A stretch of DNA of 60,691 nt, counting the filler, from Chloroflexota bacterium (GTDB lineage: Bacteria > Chloroflexota > Chloroflexia > QHBQ01), in assembly GCA_043754535.1 (NCBI GenBank). It is 2 parts of 2 records of this genome, joined end to end, with 100 filler letters (N's around TTAATTAATTAA, not from the genome) between each part and the next. Parts side by side here need not be neighbours in the genome. Positions count along the whole stretch, not along the records: positions 1 to 30,346 come from JAYUUN010000095.1; 1 more part is not named here. One strand, written 5' to 3'. This document shows positions 19,752-29,250 of this stretch, in pieces (the stretch's first letter is position 1; each line of letters begins with the position of its first letter). A program made the translations under genes and the position numbers. A model generated the notes under the pieces. That model had not been told where the DNA came from and did no database searches. It saw only the letters and a list, made by a program, of their open reading frames with translations.

Positions 19752-20648
19752 TTAGTTGCCCGGAACGGACTGTTGGGTGTAAGGTTCGACCTTACTGGCA
19801 GGCAAGTCGCGGCTAGGGCCATGTGCGCCCTCATGCTCCTCTGGGTGTTCGCTCTGGCTAGCAAGGCTGATGTAGAGCAAGGTGAGGAAGCTGAACACCA
19901 GTGCCTGGATCAGGCCGAAGAACAACTCCAGACCGAGGAAGATTACGGTGCCAAAGCCGACAAATAGGCTGCCGAGCAGGAAGTACATGATCGAGACCAG
20001 CACTTCGCCGCCGAACACATTGCCGAATAGTCGGGCAGAGAGCGAGATCAGGTGGCTGACCTCATCAATTGCGTGCATGGGATTAAAGAAGTGCTTGAAG
20101 TGGCCGCCCACACCGTGCGCCCGAATGCCCCAGATTTGCACCGCGACCACCGAGACGATAGCCAGGGCGAGGGTGCTGTTCAGGTCGGCATTGGCAGCCC
20201 GAAAGAGGGGAACAAGCTCACCAGTGACGGCACTCCGCACCCGCAACGACTCGCCGAAGAAGGGGAGGATGCCAAGCCAGTTGGCAAGCAGGATGTAGCA
20301 GAAGGCGGTGACGATGAAGGGGAAAATCTGGCGGCCGACCCTCTTGCCCGCCGCCCCCTCCACCAGGTTGAGCAGAAACTCAACGATGCTCTCAAAGACG
20401 CTCTGCCCCCGTCCTGGTACCAACTTGGCCGCCCTGGCGACCAGCAGACCGAGGCCAAGCAGCAGCAGCGCGGCAACCGTGCTGTTCAACATCGAGTTAG
20501 TCACTGGTAGCGGGCCGAGGTTGAACAGCGTCTCTGCGCTGATCGAGATGTGCGGGGCCGTGTTGGGTAGATGACTGTCTACCACGAAACTGGTGGTGTC
20601 CGTGACTTTCTCTGCACCCTCAGCCAGGAAAGGCAGTGCGTGGAACAT
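19752..20648 (-). CDS. atpB: Fo ATP synthase subunit a
   Basis: ANWLGILP, SLSARLFGNVFGGE (essential Arg) and GLIQALVF. Confidence 0.97.
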   Translation of the reverse strand: MFHALPFLAEGAEKVTDTTSFVVDSHLPNTAPHISISAETLFNLGPLPVTNSMLNSTVAALLLLGLGLLVARAAKLVPGRGQSVFESIVEFLLNLVEGAAGKRVGRQIFPFIVTAFCYILLANWLGILPFFGESLRVRSAVTGELVPLFRAANADLNSTLALAIVSVVAVQIWGIRAHGVGGHFKHFFNPMHAIDEVSHLISLSARLFGNVFGGEVLVSIMYFLLGSLFVGFGTVIFLGLELFFGLIQALVFSFLTLLYISLASQSEHPEEHEGAHGPSRDLPASKVEPYTQQSVPGN

Positions 20649-20686
20649 AGGTCCTCCACTTCTGTCTATAATTTGCCAAAAACCGG

Positions 20687-21052
20687 CTAGTTGGGCCGGT
20701 CGTGATCGAGTTGTTCAGCTTCGCCCGGCTCATCCAGCAAGGCACGTTGCAAGGCCGCGTCTGCGGCAGTGTGTGAGGCGGCAATCTCTGCCTTCTCCTT
20801 CACACGAGCGGCGCGCTTAGCTGCCTCCGCCGCAATGTCCTCTTTGCTACGTTGGAACTTGAACAGGCGAGCAAGGATCAGCACTGCAAGTACCAGACCA
20901 AGCGCAATCCCCGATAGGGTGAACAGCGGGCTGGTTCGCAATTGAGCGTCAAGCCACGTCCCCAGCAAGACCCCAGCAAGCATGGGAAGCGCAATACTCA
21001 AACCGAGTTGCGACATGATCGCCAGGGCGCGCATAGTAGAGCGATCCAGCAT
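20687..21052 (-). CDS. AtpZ/AtpI family ATP synthase accessory protein
   Basis: LGLSIALPMLAGVLLGTWLDAQLRTSPLF two-helix pattern, first in the atp operon. Start reassigned to ATG 21052 after AGGAGAAGGGG. Confidence 0.85.
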   Translation of the reverse strand: MLDRSTMRALAIMSQLGLSIALPMLAGVLLGTWLDAQLRTSPLFTLSGIALGLVLAVLILARLFKFQRSKEDIAAEAAKRAARVKEKAEIAASHTAADAALQRALLDEPGEAEQLDHDRPN

Positions 21053-21204
21053 CCGCGATCCCCTTCTCCTAACCAACTTCGTCCCTGTTTCGGGGGTAGT
21101 ATAACCTAAAGTTCGTGAAAAATCAAGCAATGTGCTGGCCTGCTGCCCAGCATTGCAACAGATTGGAGCGGTGTAGCATTGCACCCAGCCGCCTGCTGCT
21201 GCGT

Positions 21205-24200
21205 TCACCGGTTGAGGCGGTCGAGGGCTTCTTGGGCGCGCCGTTGTAGGTCGGGGTCGCTGCCTGCTGCCGCCTTCGCCTGGGCGTAGGAGCGGCTGGC
21301 GGCCACCACGTCGCCCTTCTCCTGTTGGGTCTGACCGAGCGACAACCAGGCTTCGGCATAGTCGGGCTTGAGGTCTACCGCCTGCTGGTAGGCTGCGCTA
21401 GCCGCGTCGTAGTTGCTGCGCCCAGCGGCGCGATAGGCATCTCCCAGGGCAGCAAACGGCTCCGGTTGGCGGGGGCTGAGTTGGGTCGCCAGCTTCAGTT
21501 CACCCAGCGAACCATTCATGTCGCCCTTCTTCAACAGCGATCTACCCACGTAGTAATGAGCCAACCCCCAGGTGGGGCGCAGGCTGGCGGCCTGCTGGTA
21601 CTGGGCCAGTGCGCCTGCTTCGTTGTTCTTTGAGGTTAGCACCAGGCCGAGTTCAAGATGCGGGCGGGCTAGCAAAGCGTCCTTCTCAATCGCCTTGCGG
21701 TAGTAGCGTTCGGCCTCATCGCGGTTGTCTTTCGCCAGAGCCTTGCCATAGGCAGTCAGGGCCGCCGCGTTGTTGCCGTCCAGGTTGACCGCCTGCTTGT
21801 AGCGGTCGAGGGCGGCAGGGGCATTGCCCTTGCGCTCCTCTACGTCGCCCAGGCCGAGCATGGCGTTGCTGTTGCGCCCATCTGCCAGCAGCACAGCATT
21901 GAAGCTCTGCGCCGCCTTGTCTTTATCACCCACCTTGAGGTAGGCCTGGCCGAGGGCGTTCTGCACATCGGGGTCGTTGGGGGCGCGCTCCCTGGCAGTC
22001 TCCAGGTTCTTGACTGCGTTTGCGTCCTGGTTGTCGTCGCCGCTATTTAGTTGGGCGAGGCCTAGACAGTAGGGTGAGGCGGGCGAGCCTGCCTGCAACT
22101 GCTCAATACCTGGCAGCAGCCCACTGACCGCCCCCACGTTGCCCTGGCGGGCGTAGAACTTGCAGACCAGGATGGCAGTCTCTATATCCTGGCGGGCAGT
22201 CAGCACTGCATCGTACTCACGGGCGGCATCACTGGTGCGCCCAGCAATCTGATAAAGGTTGCCTAGTTGCAGGTGACTATCGGCGGCGATCACGCTGGCA
22301 TCCAGCCCTTCGCCAGCAGCGGTAGCGGGGGCGGCATTGAGGGTAGCAATGTATGCCTGCGCCGCCCGCCCGTTGTCGCCCGCCTGCCGATAATACTGAG
22401 CAAGGGAATATTGCGCGGGCAGATAGCCGGGGTTCACCTTGACCGCCGCTAGCCAGTAAGCCAGGGCAGCCTCCCGATCTCCCTTCAGCAAGGCGACCCT
22501 GCCACTACGGTAGTTTGCGCTGTCGGCTGGGCTGCCCAGTTGTGCCGCCCGCTGGTACTCGCCAATCGCCAGATCGTACTGGTTCAGCCGCTCGGCGGCA
22601 ATGGCTAGGTGCAGGTGCGCGTCCGCCGAACCAGCGTTCAGCTTCGCCGCCTGCTGGTAGGCAGTAGCGGCCCCCTGCGTATCCTTCAGTTCGTCGTAGG
22701 CAAGACCCTGGTTGTAGAAGTCATCAGCAGTGCTGGCGTTGGTAGCAATGGCGCGGCGGTAAGTCGCCTCTGCGTCGGCGGGCCGCCCCAACGACTTGTA
22801 GTAGCTGGCAAGGGCGAGATAAACGCTGCTATCTTCGGGGTTGAGTTGCAGCAGCCTGCTGTACTGAGCGAGAGCCGCATCGGTCTGGCCCTGTTGCTGA
22901 TAGATCGCAGCAGCGAGGACGTAGGCTTCGCGGCGGCGGGGGTCGATCTGCTTCGCCTTATCTAGTTCCGCCAACGCCTGGGCGGGTTGGCCCTGCCCCC
23001 AACGGGCGCGGGCTAGCTGGTACTGCGGCTCATACCAGCGGGGACGGCTGGCGAGGGCGGCGGTCAGGTCCGCCACCGCCTGCTCAAAGCCGTTGACCTT
23101 GCCCTGCACCCGGTTGAGGACACCCTGGAAGAAGTTGTCGCCTGCCGCAGCCTGCCCTTGCACGATATTGAGGCGGCCCTGCCAGTATTGCGCATTGCCG
23201 AGACTGCGGTTGAGGGTGAGGATGCGGTCGGCGATCTGCTCCGTCGGCTCGTTCTTGTTCTTCTTCACTGCCTGGGCGGTGTTCAGTTCGTTCAACCAGC
23301 CTTCCAGCAGCCCGCGCCCCTTGCCGAGGTAATTCTGCGCCTGGCCCACGTCGTTCAGCCGCGCCAACCAGAGCGCACCTTCGCCCACGTAAGCGTCGGC
23401 GTACTCCGGGTCACGGCTGATCGCGGCCAGATAGTCCTGGCTAGCTTGCTTTGCGTCGCCCTTACGCGCTTCGAGGTCGTAGCCGAGCCGGGCGCGGTCA
23501 TAGAGGGCGGGCGCAAAGTTGAGGTTGAGCTTGAGCGCGAGGTTGATGTCCTCCAGCGCACCCTGGCGGTCGCCAAGCTGCTCCTTCGCCAACGCACGGT
23601 TGCGAAGCGGGTAGAGGCCACGAGCCGGGGCATTGGTGGTGCCACCCAGGCGGTTGATCGCGTTGTTGAAGTCGGCGAGGGCAGCGGTCGGGTTGCCGCT
23701 ATCCAGCAGTGCCACCCCGCGGTTGTTGAGAGTAGCCGCGTCGTCCAACCCACCCGCTTGCTGATACTCTGCCACCGCCGCCCGGTAGTTGCCCAGCATG
23801 GCGAGGGCGTTGGCGTGGTAGAAGTGGATCGCAGCAGCGGCTAGCGGCTTGTCAGTCAGCTTCGCCAGTTCGCTGGCTGCGCTAGCCGCATCGTCGCGCC
23901 CATAGTAGGCGAGGGCTGCGACCAGGGCTACCACATCGGCCTGGCGGCTGCGTGGCTGGCTGCCGAGCGAGAGGTTGTTGAGGTTGAGTAGCTGGCTGGC
24001 AATACCCTGCCGTTGGTAGCGATTGGGCGAGTCGTCGAAGTTGATCGTAATGTGTGGGCTGAAGCTGCCGCCCCCCTCGTCCGCCACCCCCCAGAGCAGC
24101 AGGTCTGCATTACGGCGGTTTGCAGCGGCTATTGCCTGCTGCGGATCCGTGACGCTCTCACCGAGTTCGTAGACGTGCAGGCTGGCGGCCTGCTGGCGGC

Positions 24201-25029
24201 TGAGGGCGGCGGGCAAGTCGCGCTTGAGCAACTCGTCTGTCAGTCGGTCGCTGGCGGTGCTGCTGCCGAAGCGGGCGACGTAGACCGCGAACTGCTCACG
24301 CGGGGCGGGTCGAGCAACAAAGGTGTTGTAGCCCAGCCAGCCAACCCCGCCAACTACAGCGAGGACTGCGACCAGCAAGAAGATAGCGAAGGGAGTACTG
24401 GCTCCAAGTGCGCCCTCCTCGTCTACTGAGCGTAGTCGTAGGCGGCCAGTACGCGGGCGCGCTGGGGCCAGTTCAGGCAGGTAGGGGCGGTTGCGGTTGG
24501 CTTCTGCTGCCGTCACTGCCTGGGCCAGTTGAGCGTCGTCGCTACCGAGCGTGCCACTTGGGTTGTCAGTCAGGCGGCGTAGACGACCGCGCAGGGGACG
24601 AGCAGGCGTAGGCGCAGGGGTGAGACGGGTGATCTCGCGGGTAGTCTGCCCTGCAAGCGGGCGGCTAGCTAGTTGGGCCGCCAAAGCTGGGCCAGTGGCA
24701 AGTGGCTGGCGGCTGAAGCTGCCCGTTGCCGGAGCGACAGTGCGGGTTGTGCTGCGCGAGGCCACAGCGGGGATTGGATTGCTGCTGCGGCGGATTGCTG
24801 GGCTAGCTGGGGTGCTACTGCGCTGCGCTGCGGCTGCTAGCGGGCTGCTAGGCTGCTGCATAGCAGGAGCGGGCTGGCTCTCTACTACCCCTCCGCGCAG
24901 GGGGCTGCTGGCAGTACGCGACTGTGGGCGGCGTTGCTGTGGGAAGAAGCGGCGGTAGACCACCCAGCCAATCCCGCCAGCAACCACCACCGCACCCAGA
25001 GCGATCAATAGCACAAGCACTGCGTCCAT
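21205..25029 (-). CDS. Large membrane-anchored TPR repeat protein
   Basis: N-terminal TM helix, Pro/Arg/Ser-rich linker, second TM helix, small alpha/beta domain, then about 900 aa of TPRs (e.g. AYQQAVDLKPDYAEAWLSLG). Confidence 0.9.
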   Translation of the reverse strand: MDAVLVLLIALGAVVVAGGIGWVVYRRFFPQQRRPQSRTASSPLRGGVVESQPAPAMQQPSSPLAAAAQRSSTPASPAIRRSSNPIPAVASRSTTRTVAPATGSFSRQPLATGPALAAQLASRPLAGQTTREITRLTPAPTPARPLRGRLRRLTDNPSGTLGSDDAQLAQAVTAAEANRNRPYLPELAPARPRTGRLRLRSVDEEGALGASTPFAIFLLVAVLAVVGGVGWLGYNTFVARPAPREQFAVYVARFGSSTASDRLTDELLKRDLPAALSRQQAASLHVYELGESVTDPQQAIAAANRRNADLLLWGVADEGGGSFSPHITINFDDSPNRYQRQGIASQLLNLNNLSLGSQPRSRQADVVALVAALAYYGRDDAASAASELAKLTDKPLAAAAIHFYHANALAMLGNYRAAVAEYQQAGGLDDAATLNNRGVALLDSGNPTAALADFNNAINRLGGTTNAPARGLYPLRNRALAKEQLGDRQGALEDINLALKLNLNFAPALYDRARLGYDLEARKGDAKQASQDYLAAISRDPEYADAYVGEGALWLARLNDVGQAQNYLGKGRGLLEGWLNELNTAQAVKKNKNEPTEQIADRILTLNRSLGNAQYWQGRLNIVQGQAAAGDNFFQGVLNRVQGKVNGFEQAVADLTAALASRPRWYEPQYQLARARWGQGQPAQALAELDKAKQIDPRRREAYVLAAAIYQQQGQTDAALAQYSRLLQLNPEDSSVYLALASYYKSLGRPADAEATYRRAIATNASTADDFYNQGLAYDELKDTQGAATAYQQAAKLNAGSADAHLHLAIAAERLNQYDLAIGEYQRAAQLGSPADSANYRSGRVALLKGDREAALAYWLAAVKVNPGYLPAQYSLAQYYRQAGDNGRAAQAYIATLNAAPATAAGEGLDASVIAADSHLQLGNLYQIAGRTSDAAREYDAVLTARQDIETAILVCKFYARQGNVGAVSGLLPGIEQLQAGSPASPYCLGLAQLNSGDDNQDANAVKNLETARERAPNDPDVQNALGQAYLKVGDKDKAAQSFNAVLLADGRNSNAMLGLGDVEERKGNAPAALDRYKQAVNLDGNNAAALTAYGKALAKDNRDEAERYYRKAIEKDALLARPHLELGLVLTSKNNEAGALAQYQQAASLRPTWGLAHYYVGRSLLKKGDMNGSLGELKLATQLSPRQPEPFAALGDAYRAAGRSNYDAASAAYQQAVDLKPDYAEAWLSLGQTQQEKGDVVAASRSYAQAKAAAGSDPDLQRRAQEALDRLNR

Positions 25030-25066
25030 CAGTTCGCCTCCACTATCCAGCTTTCGTCTTTACATA

Positions 25067-25096
25067 ATTATAGCACAGCTAGCCAGCAGGGGGCAA
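25067..25096 (-). promoter_or_regulatory. Promoter for the TPR gene
   Basis: TTGCCC (25096-25091), 18 bp, TATAAT (25072-25067) with TG extension. Confidence 0.65.
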
Positions 25097-25240
25097 GGGG
25101 GTAGCGCGATTGATTGTCTTGCAGTGGCGGCAACGCAGCACAGGGTAGATTATGCATGGACGGCACGCGCTGATAGACGGGCCAGGTAGCAGAGCTGCAA
25201 AGAACGGCTGAGAGCAAGAACTTGAAACTCAACCCTCTGC

Positions 25241-25270
25241 TTGCCCGCCCTTGCGCCAGCGTGGTATAAT
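25241..25270 (+). promoter_or_regulatory. Promoter for the yebC-ruvC cluster (divergent)
   Basis: TTGCCC (25241-25246), 18 bp, TATAAT (25265-25270) with TG extension. Confidence 0.65.
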
Positions 25271-25347
25271 TGTGGTCAACCAGGGTGGGTGAGCCGCAAG
25301 CAAAGCAGCAGCCAGCCGATCACGACTACATGATAGGGAGCATTGCT

Positions 25348-26100
25348 ATGTCTGGACATTCTAAATGGGCAACGATCCGCCGCAAGAAGGAGATCACCGA
25401 CTCGCGGCGCGGCCAGATGTTTACCAAGCTAGCCCGTGAGATCACCACCGCTGCCAAAGAGGGGGGGGCTAGCGTAGACACCAACTTCCGCCTTCGCCTC
25501 GCTGTGCAGAAAGCGCGGATCGAGAGTATGCCTTCGGAGAACATTGACCGCGCTATCGCACGCGGGGCCGGGGCCAGTGCAGAGGGGAGCAACTACGAGG
25601 AGATCACCTACGAGGGCTACGGCCCGGTCGGGTCGGCGATCATCATCCAGGCTCTGACCGACAACCGCAACCGCACCGTTGGCGAGATTCGCGCTGCAAT
25701 GAGCAGGAGCGGCGGCAATCTCGGCGAGAACGGCTCAGTGATTTGGATGTTCAAGAGCCAGGGCATGATCGCTGTTGAGCCAGAGAAGTACAGCGTGGAT
25801 GAGATCGAGCTAGCCGCTATCGAAGCCGGGGCCGACGATGTGCAGAGTGATGAGGAAGACAACGTGATCGTCTACGTCCCGCTCGCTGGGCTGCGGGCTA
25901 CCACCGAGAGCCTCAACGCTGCTGGCTTCAAAGTCACATCCTCTGAGCGCACCATGACCCCCACCACCACGATGGAACTGGATGCGAACGACACCGCGAA
26001 GGTGATGCGCCTGGTCGAGAAGTTGGAGGAGTTGGACGACGTGCAGCAGGTCTACACCAACCTTGAGTTTACCGAGGCGGCAATGGCCGGGCTGGAATAA
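25348..26100 (+). CDS. yebC: YebC/PmpR family protein
   Basis: MSGHSKW start, EEITYEGYGP, LTDNRNRT and LEELDDVQQVYTN. Start reassigned to 25348. Confidence 0.97.
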   Translation: MSGHSKWATIRRKKEITDSRRGQMFTKLAREITTAAKEGGASVDTNFRLRLAVQKARIESMPSENIDRAIARGAGASAEGSNYEEITYEGYGPVGSAIIIQALTDNRNRTVGEIRAAMSRSGGNLGENGSVIWMFKSQGMIAVEPEKYSVDEIELAAIEAGADDVQSDEEDNVIVYVPLAGLRATTESLNAAGFKVTSSERTMTPTTTMELDANDTAKVMRLVEKLEELDDVQQVYTNLEFTEAAMAGLE

Positions 26101-26102
26101 CG

Positions 26103-26966
26103 ATGCGCGTGCTTGGTCTTGACCCCGGCACTGCGATCATGGGCTGGGGCGTGGTAGATGCGGACGCAGGTGGCAGCAACCTCCAACTGGTCGAGTACGG
26201 GGCGATCACCACGCGGGCTAAGGCACCGCTGACCGAGCGGCTGCCAATCCTCTACGCCGGGGTGTTGGCTGTTATTGACCGCCTGCACCCCGAAATCATG
26301 TCAATCGAGGAACTGTTCTTCGGCAAGAACGTGAACACTGCAATCAGCGTCGGCCAGGCACGCGGCGTAGCGGTGCTGGCTGCCGCTCACCGTAGCCTCA
26401 ACGTCTTTGAGTACACGCCGATGGAGGTCAAGCAGGCGGTGGTTGGCTACGGCAGGGCCGAGAAGCAGCAGGTGCAGGAGATGGTGCGGATGATCCTCAA
26501 GCTCAAGGTTGCGCCCACCCCCGATGATGCCGCAGACGGCGTGGCCCTGGCTATCTGCCACATCCAGTCCGCCCGCTTCAGCGCGTTGTTGGAGAAGAAC
26601 AGGGCGTTAGCCGCCCGCCGTCAGTTGTTGCTGTGGAATGTACAGGGGGAGCGTTATGGCAGACTACACCCTGGCCGTCGTGGGCGCAGACGAGCAGTTC
26701 CCGCCCACCGTCGTCGCCGACTACCAGGAGCGCACCGGCTCCGATCCGCTCTCCAATATCTTCCACGCCTGGCACCTACCCATCGTCAGCCGCCTGCTGT
26801 TGGAGGACGATGGCCGGGCGCGGGGCTTCCTCCTCAGCCGCCAGTCGCACCTGGCCGCCGACGCACAGCAAATCCTGTTCTACCACGCCCTGACCGACGA
26901 GGACGCAGACGCGCTGCTGCCCACCGCGCTTGGCTACCTGCAAGAGAAGTACAGAGCGATAGTTAG
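26103..26966 (+). CDS. ruvC: Holliday junction resolvase RuvC (apparent +1 frameshift near 26602-26604 removes the normal stop)
   Basis: LGLDPG, SIEELFF, VGYGRAEKQQV and DDAADGVALAICH. Homology ends near 26610, where a TAG sits in the +1 frame. Confidence 0.93.
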   Translation: MRVLGLDPGTAIMGWGVVDADAGGSNLQLVEYGAITTRAKAPLTERLPILYAGVLAVIDRLHPEIMSIEELFFGKNVNTAISVGQARGVAVLAAAHRSLNVFEYTPMEVKQAVVGYGRAEKQQVQEMVRMILKLKVAPTPDDAADGVALAICHIQSARFSALLEKNRALAARRQLLLWNVQGERYGRLHPGRRGRRRAVPAHRRRRLPGAHRLRSALQYLPRLAPTHRQPPAVGGRWPGAGLPPQPPVAPGRRRTANPVLPRPDRRGRRRAAAHRAWLPAREVQSDS

Positions 26967-27531
26967 CTCCTTCGCCCCGGCCAATCCAGCCTGGCTGCGC
27001 CACTTTGCCGCCTTCACTCGCAGCAGCGAGCAGCAACTCACGCTGGCGATGGAAAATCGCCCAGCCCCCGCCTCCGACCTAATCGGCTACAGCCTGGCTA
27101 GCCTGCTACCCCGCCATGTCGGCGACCTCACCCCAGTCTTTGCCGCCACGATCCGTAGCACCCCTGGCTACCATATCAATCATCCCAGCCCAGAGTTGAT
27201 CCGCAGCACGCTGGCGAACTATGCGGGGCGCAGCGATCAGTGGTCACTGCTGGGTAATAGAGTGCTACTCGCTCAGGGCGAAGCAGTCGGCTTCAGCGTG
27301 GCCGAGGCGGGCGACAGTGCAGAGGCTGCCCACCTGCGCCATCTGGTCGTCGCGCCAGCCCACCAGCCTGCCACCATGATGCTGCTGGCCTGGGCCTGCC
27401 AATCGCTGGCGAGCGGCTACCACACCCTCACTGCCGATGTTGCCACTGACGACCCCGCCTTGCCCACCTACCTCGCTAGCAACTTTCGGCTGGTCGGGCA
27501 GTATGATAGCTACTACTGGTGGCACGGATGA
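26656..27531 (+). CDS. Hypothetical protein, probable tandem GNAT fold
   Basis: AGGGGGAG RBS. C-terminal HLRHLVVAPAHQ...LTADVATDDPALPTYLASNFRLVG is GNAT-like. ATGA overlap with tlyA. Confidence 0.6.
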   Translation: MADYTLAVVGADEQFPPTVVADYQERTGSDPLSNIFHAWHLPIVSRLLLEDDGRARGFLLSRQSHLAADAQQILFYHALTDEDADALLPTALGYLQEKYRAIVSSFAPANPAWLRHFAAFTRSSEQQLTLAMENRPAPASDLIGYSLASLLPRHVGDLTPVFAATIRSTPGYHINHPSPELIRSTLANYAGRSDQWSLLGNRVLLAQGEAVGFSVAEAGDSAEAAHLRHLVVAPAHQPATMMLLAWACQSLASGYHTLTADVATDDPALPTYLASNFRLVGQYDSYYWWHG

Positions 27532-28373
27532 CCGCTAAAGCAAAGAAGGAGCGGTTGGACGTGCTGCTGGTCGAGCGCGGGCTGGCCGAGTCGCGGTCGC
27601 AGGCGCAGGCAATGATCATGGCTGGGCAGGTTTACAGTGGTCAGCAGCGCATGGACAAGGCGGGTATGGCGATCCTGCCTGACCTGCCGCTGGAGGTGCG
27701 CGGCGGCATCCCCTACGTCAGTCGCGGCGGCCTCAAGCTCGCCCACGCCCTACAACACTTCGGCTTGCGCGAGCAAGTGGTGGGCAAGGCCTGCGCCGAC
27801 ATTGGCTCCTCCACCGGCGGCTTCACCGACTGCCTCTTGCAGAACGGCGCAATCCTTGTTTACTGCATAGATGTTGGTACAAACCAGCTTGCCTGGAAGC
27901 TGCGTAATGACCCCCGCGTGGTGGTAATGGAAGGGGTGAACATCCGCTACGTGGCACACTTGCCAGAAGCGGTGCAGCTTGCTACAATAGACACCTCATT
28001 CATCGGCCTCAACCTCGTGCTGCCCGCCGCTGCTCGGCTACTGACCGCCGACGGCTGGATCGTCGCTCTGGTCAAGCCGCAGTTCGAGGTGGGTAGAGAG
28101 CAGGTGGGCAAGGGCGGAGTGGTGCGCGAGCCCGCCCTGCATCGGGCAGTGCTGCGCGACCTTGCGGCCTGGCTGATCAGCTACAACCAGGCTAATCCAG
28201 AGCTAGCCCTCTACCTGCGCGGCTACGTGCGTTCGCCAATTACAGGGCCAGCGGGCAACGTCGAGTTCCTGGCTCACCTGACCCGCCAGCCAGGGCCACC
28301 GCTGGATGTGGCCGCCGAGATCAAACAGGCCGTCAACAATCCGATAGTAGAACAAGAAGGAAGCCAACCTTGA
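27528..28373 (+). CDS. tlyA: TlyA family rRNA (cytidine-2'-O)-methyltransferase
   Basis: S4 domain KERLDVLLVERGL, YVSRGGLKL, DIGSSTGGFTD, LVKPQFE and SPITGPAGNVEF. Confidence 0.96.
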   Translation: MTAKAKKERLDVLLVERGLAESRSQAQAMIMAGQVYSGQQRMDKAGMAILPDLPLEVRGGIPYVSRGGLKLAHALQHFGLREQVVGKACADIGSSTGGFTDCLLQNGAILVYCIDVGTNQLAWKLRNDPRVVVMEGVNIRYVAHLPEAVQLATIDTSFIGLNLVLPAAARLLTADGWIVALVKPQFEVGREQVGKGGVVREPALHRAVLRDLAAWLISYNQANPELALYLRGYVRSPITGPAGNVEFLAHLTRQPGPPLDVAAEIKQAVNNPIVEQEGSQP

Positions 28374-29236
28374 GCGACAATCACCATAGCCAGCCGCAGC
28401 CTAAAATCAAAGAAGTAGGTTTCGTGGTCAACGAGAACAAGGCGGGGGCCGTCCAGCTTGCCAGCGAGATGCACGGCGCGCTGGAGCGGCAGGGAGTCAG
28501 TGTGCGCGAGTGCCACGACTCGGAGATCGACCACTGCTTTGGGCGCGGAGATCGCCTGGACTTGATCTTTAGCTTCGGCGGTGACGGCACCATCTTGCGA
28601 ACCGCCCGCGTCGCCGCCCCGCTGGGCATCCCTATCGTCGGCATCAACCTGGGCAAAGTCGGCTTCCTGACCGAACTGGTCGCGGAGCAGGCGGTTGCCA
28701 GCTTGCCGCGCTTCGTCGCAGGCGATTACTGGATTGAGCAACGGCTGATGTTGCAGGGTGAGTTGATCCGTGGCGGCAAGACGATCAACACCTTCCACGC
28801 CTTCAACGACATCGTAGCCAATCGCGGTTCGCTCTCCCGCGTGGTAGAGTGCATCCTCAGCGTGGACGGCGCAGTGCTGACCACCTACGTCGCCGACGGC
28901 ATCATCTTCGCCACCCCAACTGGCAGCACTGCCTATTGTCTGGCAGCGGGCGGCCCCATCGTCACCCCAGATTCGCGGGCAATCACTGTGATCCCTATCG
29001 CCCCCTACCTTGCCCTCGTTCGCAGCCTGGTGCTACCCGAACAGGCGATCCTTGAACTCCAGATCACCAAAGCGACTGACGCACTGATTACCGTAGACGG
29101 CCAGCAGGACATCCAGATGCAGATTGGTGACACTATGCGGGTGCAGGCCAGCCCAATCACCGCGCTGATGGCCCGCATCCAGCCGCGCAACTACTTCGCC
29201 GCCACCCTGGTAGACCGCCTGCGCCTGCGCGGTTAG
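28370..29236 (+). CDS. nadK: NAD kinase
   Basis: GGDGT, GINLGKVGFL, FND and ADGIIFATPTGSTAY. Confidence 0.96.
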   Translation: MSDNHHSQPQPKIKEVGFVVNENKAGAVQLASEMHGALERQGVSVRECHDSEIDHCFGRGDRLDLIFSFGGDGTILRTARVAAPLGIPIVGINLGKVGFLTELVAEQAVASLPRFVAGDYWIEQRLMLQGELIRGGKTINTFHAFNDIVANRGSLSRVVECILSVDGAVLTTYVADGIIFATPTGSTAYCLAAGGPIVTPDSRAITVIPIAPYLALVRSLVLPEQAILELQITKATDALITVDGQQDIQMQIGDTMRVQASPITALMARIQPRNYFAATLVDRLRLRG

Positions 29237-29250
29237 CCCCCGGAGGTCAA

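Noticed and set aside
19625..19864. 177-aa version of AtpE, and similar 5' extensions of mreB, atpI, yebC, the S8 gene and the second STAND gene
   Set aside because: ORF-caller longest-start artefacts; RBS positions and homology indicate downstream starts.
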